Below are positions 57,457-64,000 of a stretch of DNA of 64,000 bases, piece after piece; position 1 is the first letter of the stretch; the number at the start of each line of letters is the position of its first letter. Source of the DNA: Dimorphilus gyrociliatus (Eukaryota > Animalia > Annelida). The stretch spans positions 4,245,689-4,309,688 of the forward strand of contig CAJFCJ010000005.1 in NCBI GenBank assembly GCA_904063045.1, read 5' to 3'. A program made the position numbers and the translations under genes. The notes beneath the pieces were generated by a model. It saw only the letters and a program-made list of their open reading frames with translations. It ran no database searches and had not been told where the DNA came from.

Positions 57457-60400
57457 AACACTTTCTTTCGTAGAATAAAAATGTCCCCTGTTTGACATTT
57501 AAAAAGAGCTTCTGTTCAAACTCCGTTATTGATTGTTTACCAATAATTAATCATGTTTCTCTTTTGCATTTCTACAGAATTCAAGTCGGAATCCGGGAGA
57601 AGAGGAAAACTAGGCTTACCTCCTGAATTAGGTATCTTTATAAATTCTTAATCAAAATGTATAAGACGGAAATGTCAAACAAGCTTATAGGCTGAAAGAG
57701 TAAAGTGAGAAATGGCAACAAATTATCCTGTTACTTTATCAATAGAGCAGGAAAAACCGCTTTAATAAAAGGTATCCCTGCCAAACACAAAAAAATGATT
57801 CATTGTTAGGGCGCAATGAGGCAGATATTGGTGGCATTTGCATTTCTATAGCTTTTATCCTGCCGCTTCTTGTTTGTACTGGTTTTTATACTAAATTATT
57901 TTCTGTTGGCTTTATAATCATTATGCACGCAAACTATGCAACGTCGTCAATTAGAGACGATTAATAATTTTTGCCTTCTATTCATTCGTCTTCAACCGCC
58001 GCCAGCAACTGAACCTCTTATATCTCGCCCCTAAAGCATAGTTACGCAAATTTTACTACTATCATTCTTATTAATGTCATTGTGCTAAGTCGACATTACC
58101 TTTTTGTCTAGTGTTTGGTAGAGAGCACTGACAGATAGCATCTTGTTTTATGAATACTCTTAATGCGAAGATAAAGGCTTTGTCTTCTTATCACTTCCTG
58201 CCGTCGTTTCGCTTTATACAGTATATACACCCACTCCGCCCCTTCTCATAATCCACTCCTCGTATAATTTCAAATTCTTCAAAACACCTACTTATTTTTC
58301 TATTATCTTTTGCAGACTACTGCAATTTTACACTTACGCGAGACATGATTGTCGACAAGAGTATCATCATCGAATCCCCGAAAGGATCTTTTTCGGGTTT
58401 TAGACCTAATTTCTGTTATATTAAAATTGACGACTACGACTTTAAAGTGAGAGAGGAGAGCGTTGTAACAGTAGAGGTTTTATCGTTGAATACAGGCAGT
58501 TTTAATAAGAGACAGAGCAGGTAAGGAAGGAGAAGAATAGAAAGAATAAGAGAGAGAGAGAGAGAGAGGAGAAGGACCAGTAATATTTAAAACTAATAAG
58601 ATTAATTAAGAAAGAAAAAGAAGAAAGAGCATCTTTTCTTCCTCCCTCTCCCTCCTCCGTCTTTCTACTATTCATATTAATAAGAAGGGAAAAAAAGGGT
58701 AATGCTTTAAATTCTTTGTGCTCAAAACGCAGCTGCAACGGAGGTTTCTTAAGGATTAAAGAAAAATACGATCGGTTATACGACAACAGCATCTTACCAC
58801 CAACGGAACTTTGCGGTTCAATAGGAAATAACGGTAAAGTTGTCTGGAATAGAAACTATATAAATATATATATTTAAGTATTTATTTAAATATTTAATGG
58901 GTTAAAAAGAAACGGGAACTGTCAAGAGACAAATTCGGTTAAATGGGCTTATCGAGTTTCAAGTGGATCACGGACGTAGCCATACCCACTACAAGTTAAA
59001 GATTAGCTTCGTCGATAAAACACAACCGGACGAACAGTATCCTGTCGGATCTTTACTTAGATCCAGTTGGTCTCTTAAGGATTTCAGTAAGTCGATCAAT
59101 GGAGGTTTTCTCTTCTCTTTTCTTTTTTACGTAATTCAATCAATTAATAATGTCTACTTTGTCCGTAATAGAATGTAATTGGTTCGTGGAATTTGATGGA
59201 AGTAAAACGCAACAGTTTTTCCTAACATCTCCGGGTTGGCCCGGGATCTATCCTCCAAATACAACTTGCCATTATACTCTCGAAGCCATCAATAAAGATT
59301 CAACATCCTCCAGACTCGAATTCAATTTTAGTCCTCACGCCCTTCCCGGTGAAAGACTCAAGTTGGACATTCATAAATCGTGAGCGCTGACTAGTGTGAA
59401 ATAGCCCCTTCATTCCTTTGTTTATTTTCAATAGGAGAAATTGCGAGGAAGACTACTTGGAGATTTACGACGGACCAACGTCTAATTCACCTAGAATAGG
59501 AAGATTTTGCGGTCATGACGGCGAGAAAATCATTTCTTCCGGTTCGATACTCTTTCTAGTCTTTCGTTCTGGATCCGGTAGTTCACCTTGGCATTATCAA
59601 GGATTTAAGGGCAAAGTAATGCCCAGATTTGGAAGTAAGTTGTATTTTTGTTATATAAACGAACGATAGGTGGATAATCTTCTCTTTCTTGTTTAGTCTC
59701 TAGCGAAAGAGGCGTAAGGGAGAGTGGAACTTGTAATTGGAAATTTAGACCCGACTATGACGAAGATTTGGATAAATTTTCGGAATCGGAACACGACGAT
59801 TTCTACTTTGGTGTTCACATTCCAGATTATTACATTGCCAAGGACACAAGATGTAAATACGAATTTGAGGTTCCCTCTCACTACAACGTTAGCATCCAAG
59901 TGAAGCGAGTGCCAGGTCGAAGGTTTGTTGACCTTTGTAAGATGAGAGTTATTAATGCTTTTAATATAATATTATCCTCTATTTATGATTCATTTAGGAA
60001 TTGCGTTGATCGTATTCTCTTTTACGACGAATCTCCAAAACCCATTAAAAATATCTCAGCTTGTCCTCCATTTCAGTCGGTAATAAATCCTAATTCCCTT
60101 AATTAACCTTATCTATTCGTTCTTTCATTCTTTCTATCTATCTTAGCGAAAGCACGGACGAAAAAGTTTCAAATTCGTTCAGCCGAAACCATGGATACCC
60201 AAATCAAAACATCCCTATCTAACCTACGAACATCCCAGTGGTCAAATATCCAATAGTAATCCCGTATGGATCAAGTATAAATTTCTATTAAATAAAAACC
60301 AGTACATTAGGACTACAACTACGACTACAAAGAGACCACCGACAAAGTACAAAGGGAATAAGACAAAGGGCGGAAGTAAGGAGGAGTTTTCTTGATAATA

Positions 60401-60577
60401 AATATTTTCTCTAAAATTCTATATCTTCTTTTAGAAGTAATGAAGAATACGAGAAGAAATAGAAAAAATAAATCCCAAGCGGCAAATAACCGGCAATCTA
60501 CATGCTCGATCCTTCTCTCTTCCTTAGCATTATTCATAATGTTCAATAATCATTTCTCTTTATCTTTCTATACTTGA
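54386..60577 (+). CDS. Triple CUB(-like) domain cell-surface protein with Thr/Lys-rich stalk and GPI-type C-terminus; exons 54386-54437, 57578-57631, 58316-58520, 58733-58833, 58910-59086, 59172-59379, 59435-59634, 59697-59922, 59998-60079, 60147-60375, 60435-60577, 558 aa
   Basis: Eleven exons with compatible phases sum to 1677 nt. Signal peptide MYCLVKTLVVLSLIQFG; canonical CUB 2 (LTSPGWPGIYPPNTTCHY..CEEDYLEIYDG..IGRFCG..LFLVFRS..GFKG); C-terminal ILLSSLALFIMF with no cytoplasmic tail. The exon 5 acceptor is weak. Confidence 0.8.
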
Positions 60578-62546
60578 ATTTTAAAATTCTTGAACAAATA
60601 TTTCTTTTTCTGCCTTTAAAGATGTTTATCCTTTATGTTCTTTTGTTTGTTAGTTTGTTTGTTTGTTTGTTTATTTATTTTCCTCTTATTACGTTAGACG
60701 ACTGGAAGGGATGGATGAGAATATGGATGGACGGATAGAAGGAGAGATGGACTGATTAATTGTACAAAGTTTAACTATATAGATGCTATTGACAATAACG
60801 TTGAAATGACCCAAAAAAGACCCGAATGTATTTTATAGTTATATATACAGTGTATATAAACTGTATACTAATATAATCAGTTTGTTAAATGTCTATTACG
60901 CTATACATTTTGACTTTGTTTTTTATTTTCAACACAAAAAAAACTAATAAACTTTTTGTTGGAAAAGAGAAAAAGTTTTTATCTATATCTTTCCTTCTCA
61001 TTCTTTCTCTAATAGCAGGGAAGAGAAAGAGAGAGAGAGAGAGCTGTAAAAGTATTCCTGAATAACTACATATGTCCTAATAGATATATTGTATGATTTC
61101 GCAGGCTTTATTGACTTTATATGTTCTAGTATTGATAGTATACACTTATAAATGAGTTAGCAGTTGTAAAGTATTGCATATGGAAGAGTGTATACTAACT
61201 GTAAATAATATATATATAGCATATATATATATATAAATAAATTTTCAATAGTATTGTATAGAAAGGTCGAGTGGAACAAATATATACATGTTCATTGGAG
61301 TATATAGCATACATTCTTATGTGAGAGTATGTATTGAAGAAATCTGATCAACAAATCGCATGTTCTCTCAAAACTTTCCTACTCAAATAGACAAAATACT
61401 CTAATTGTTCCAGCTGATTAAATGTTTGTTTCTCTCTTTAAAAGTAGCAATAAATCAGTCAAGTACCTTTATCGTCATCATCGCCATTATCTACATTAGA
61501 AATCTGTGAGTTAAAGAGCCATTGCAGTTGGGGGGAAAAAAGGTGTAAATGCTTTAAATTGACATTTCCAGATGGCACACTTTAAGAAGCATATTGGAAG
61601 AGTGATACCGGAAAATCCTTAAACCACCTCTACACCCTCTCCAGATTTGGCTATATATGACAATTAGTTGCGCTATATAATAGGTAACAAGAGTAGAGGA
61701 TACAACTAACAAGTTGTAACAGTTGTTACAACAGTAATGGGACTACTGAAATTTGTAACACTATTATAGATATAGAGTATATTTGCTACTGCTATTGTGA
61801 TTACTCAATGATGGTGGTTATCAGAAGCAAAAAGGTGTAAAATATTATATTTTGAAAGAGACAGCACAGTAAAATTAATGCATAAAATTCAAAAAGGCAC
61901 AGCGTTTTCATGCAAAGACTTGGAGGGAAAAAGTTTAAGGAATTAGAGAAGAAAGTTCAAAACAAAACAGCCGTTAAGTTTCTCTTTCTTCCCTTCCCTT
62001 TCCTCTTCCTTTTCTTTCTGCTCCTCCTCTTCGTGGTTTTGTTCCAATTGCATTTCTGTGTCTTCTCTTTCGCGTGGAAGATGGAAAGAGAGAGAAAGCG
62101 AGATGAGTGAGAGAAAAAGAAGAGAAGAGAGAAAGAGGAAGAGGAAGAGAGCGAGAGAGATAGAGATAGAGAGATAAAGAAATGATAAAGTGAAGAACAG
62201 AGAGGAGAAAAAACAAATAAATAAACATAAACATATTCCTATTACAGTATACTGTATAGAAGGGAAATAAAAGCTTATACGACTGTTATTTGTGTATATA
62301 ACAGCGTATTATCATTGTTTGCATATAGTCTTATAGTGTAAATATATATATATATATATATATATATTGTATATACTGCATAGTGTACAGTGTATAGTGT
62401 ATATTATAATAGATAATAAATAAGGTACTTAAGATATAAAGATATATATATATATATATACACCCTGGATACAGTACACAGTATATAAGAAAGATATAGA
62501 GATAGGGAAAGATATCGGGAGAGAAAATGTGATGGCGTTTAATCTT

Positions 62547-62903
62547 TTAAAAAATTGGAAAGAACCTTTGCCTTCGATGGTTCGGATGAGATTTAAAATG
62601 ATGACGTAATTTTCTTATAGATGATCTGAGATGGAAAGCGATTGGTTGTACCTCAAAAGAGATGGCAGGATAATTCTTATCGAATTTCTCCTCCTCGTGC
62701 GATAAACTAAAAGTATACATAGGCGTAGTTTCATCATCAGCAGTAGTCGTTTGAATGGCGTTTAATTGCGCTGTTGGCTCCATTGATTGACTATCGGCTA
62801 CCAGAAATTATAGCATAACAATATAATATTGGTAATAATAAACGATAGATGGCGCATTTACCTGTTTGTATCACGAAATCTGCGGTTCCCAATCCGGGCT
62901 TCC
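62547..62903 (-). CDS. Last two exons of an unidentified minus-strand gene (62903-62862 and about 62797/62790-62547)
   Basis: 42-nt exon between TATTCAG and CAG|GTAAAT, which joins ORF 62547..62783 in frame through either of two nearby acceptors. GC-richer, codon-like sequence; no recognisable domain. Confidence 0.4.
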
Positions 62904-64000
62904 CTGAATACAGATATATAGTATTTATACACAAATTAAATTTAGTAGAAAACCAGCCACAACTCACCGAGGAATTTAAATAAAAGGATTTCGAATAGTC
63001 TTTCTTTCAAATTGTTTTTTTATTTACTTATTTGTTTAGTTTGTTTCCCTGTTCATTATTTTGTTTGTCTCCTTGTTTTTTTTAAAAAAAAAACAAACAA
63101 ATAAACAAACAAACATAAGAAGGAGACAAACAAAATGCAAGAAATATGAAAAAGAGAAACACTTGGAAAGAAAGATTTATGTTTGTTTATTTTAAGATAA
63201 AAGAGGCTCACCGAAAGTGTTTATTGGACCAAACTAGTTTGATTCTTTCTTTTATACTGAAAAAGGGTAAATAGAATCATGCCCTCTAAGACAATATCTA
63301 TGTTAAAAGAGGGAGAGAGAGAAAGAGAGAGAGAAAGAACTATATATTTATATATATATATATATATATACACCATACAAGCGTAATTAACTTGTAAAGA
63401 ATTACTTTTTACGGACGACGAATAAACGCAAAAAATATGGACTATTCATGTCAGCCGCAAATTTATTGCAGTAGCGTGAGTTGAAATACTTATGTACATA
63501 ACCAGCTTAATAAATATATACTATACAATATATATAGTCTGTAAAGATATATACAATATACATTTATTCTTTTTGCTTGTGTCTGTTCAACTATTGAAAG
63601 ATTGGTCGGTTAAACTACCACCAACCCTCGTCCTCCTCCTCCTCCTCCTCCTCCTCCTCCTCCAATATGCGTATTGTTTTAAATACAAATATCATTTACT
63701 TATAAAGCCTAACTCACTCTATCTAATAAGATATTACATGTTTAAATAATTCCATCAAGTTGCATTCGATGACCCATTGCAAATGGCTAATGCATTTTAA
63801 GAACGATACAACTATCACTTATAGGTCGCTTTATAATTTATTAATACAACCTCTTGCGGGAAAATGGGGAGGCGGACCGCCCATCGCCTACTTCTAATTT
63901 AAGGAAGGACTATGCGCAACTGGGGAAATATAAAAAACTGGTCAACTTTGGATAAACGTCCATATTTTCTTCGTTTTTTTCTTTAATTGCACTTTTCCAT

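Overview
Animal nuclear genomic DNA, not prokaryotic. It is strongly AT-rich and gene-dense, most introns are short (about 50-110 nt, GT-AG), and (AG)n, (AT)n and (TC)n microsatellites are pervasive. Protein sequences look lophotrochozoan, and the compact architecture resembles a miniaturised annelid genome such as Dimorphilus (inference only). I assembled spliced models by hand. Left to right: two paralogous Ly6/uPAR (quiver-like) terminal exons, an Olig-family bHLH gene, MAP7/ensconsin, ADAM17, an intronless TOPBP1, MCFD2 (-), TFB1M (-) head-to-head with an Aurora kinase, a 4-TM protein (-), a Bfr1-like coiled-coil protein, HAUS2 (-, almost absent from the ORF track), a 22-exon ABCC1/MRP1, an intronless DHHC-fold gene, a small EGF+VWD gene, FoxQ2 (-) head-to-head with an 11-exon triple-CUB putatively GPI-anchored protein, and the 3' exons of an unidentified minus-strand gene. 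I found no transposase, reverse transcriptase, rRNA, tRNA or CRISPR features. The best leads are: (1) a DHHC palmitoyltransferase homologue that keeps all eight zinc ligands but reads DYHN in place of DHHC, so is a predicted pseudoenzyme; (2) two same-phase Ly6 C-terminal half-domain exons with no N-terminal exon between them, suggesting alternative last exons that build different three-finger proteins; (3) an animal gene with the fungal Bfr1 signature; (4) a CUB-GPI gene sharing a promoter with FoxQ2.
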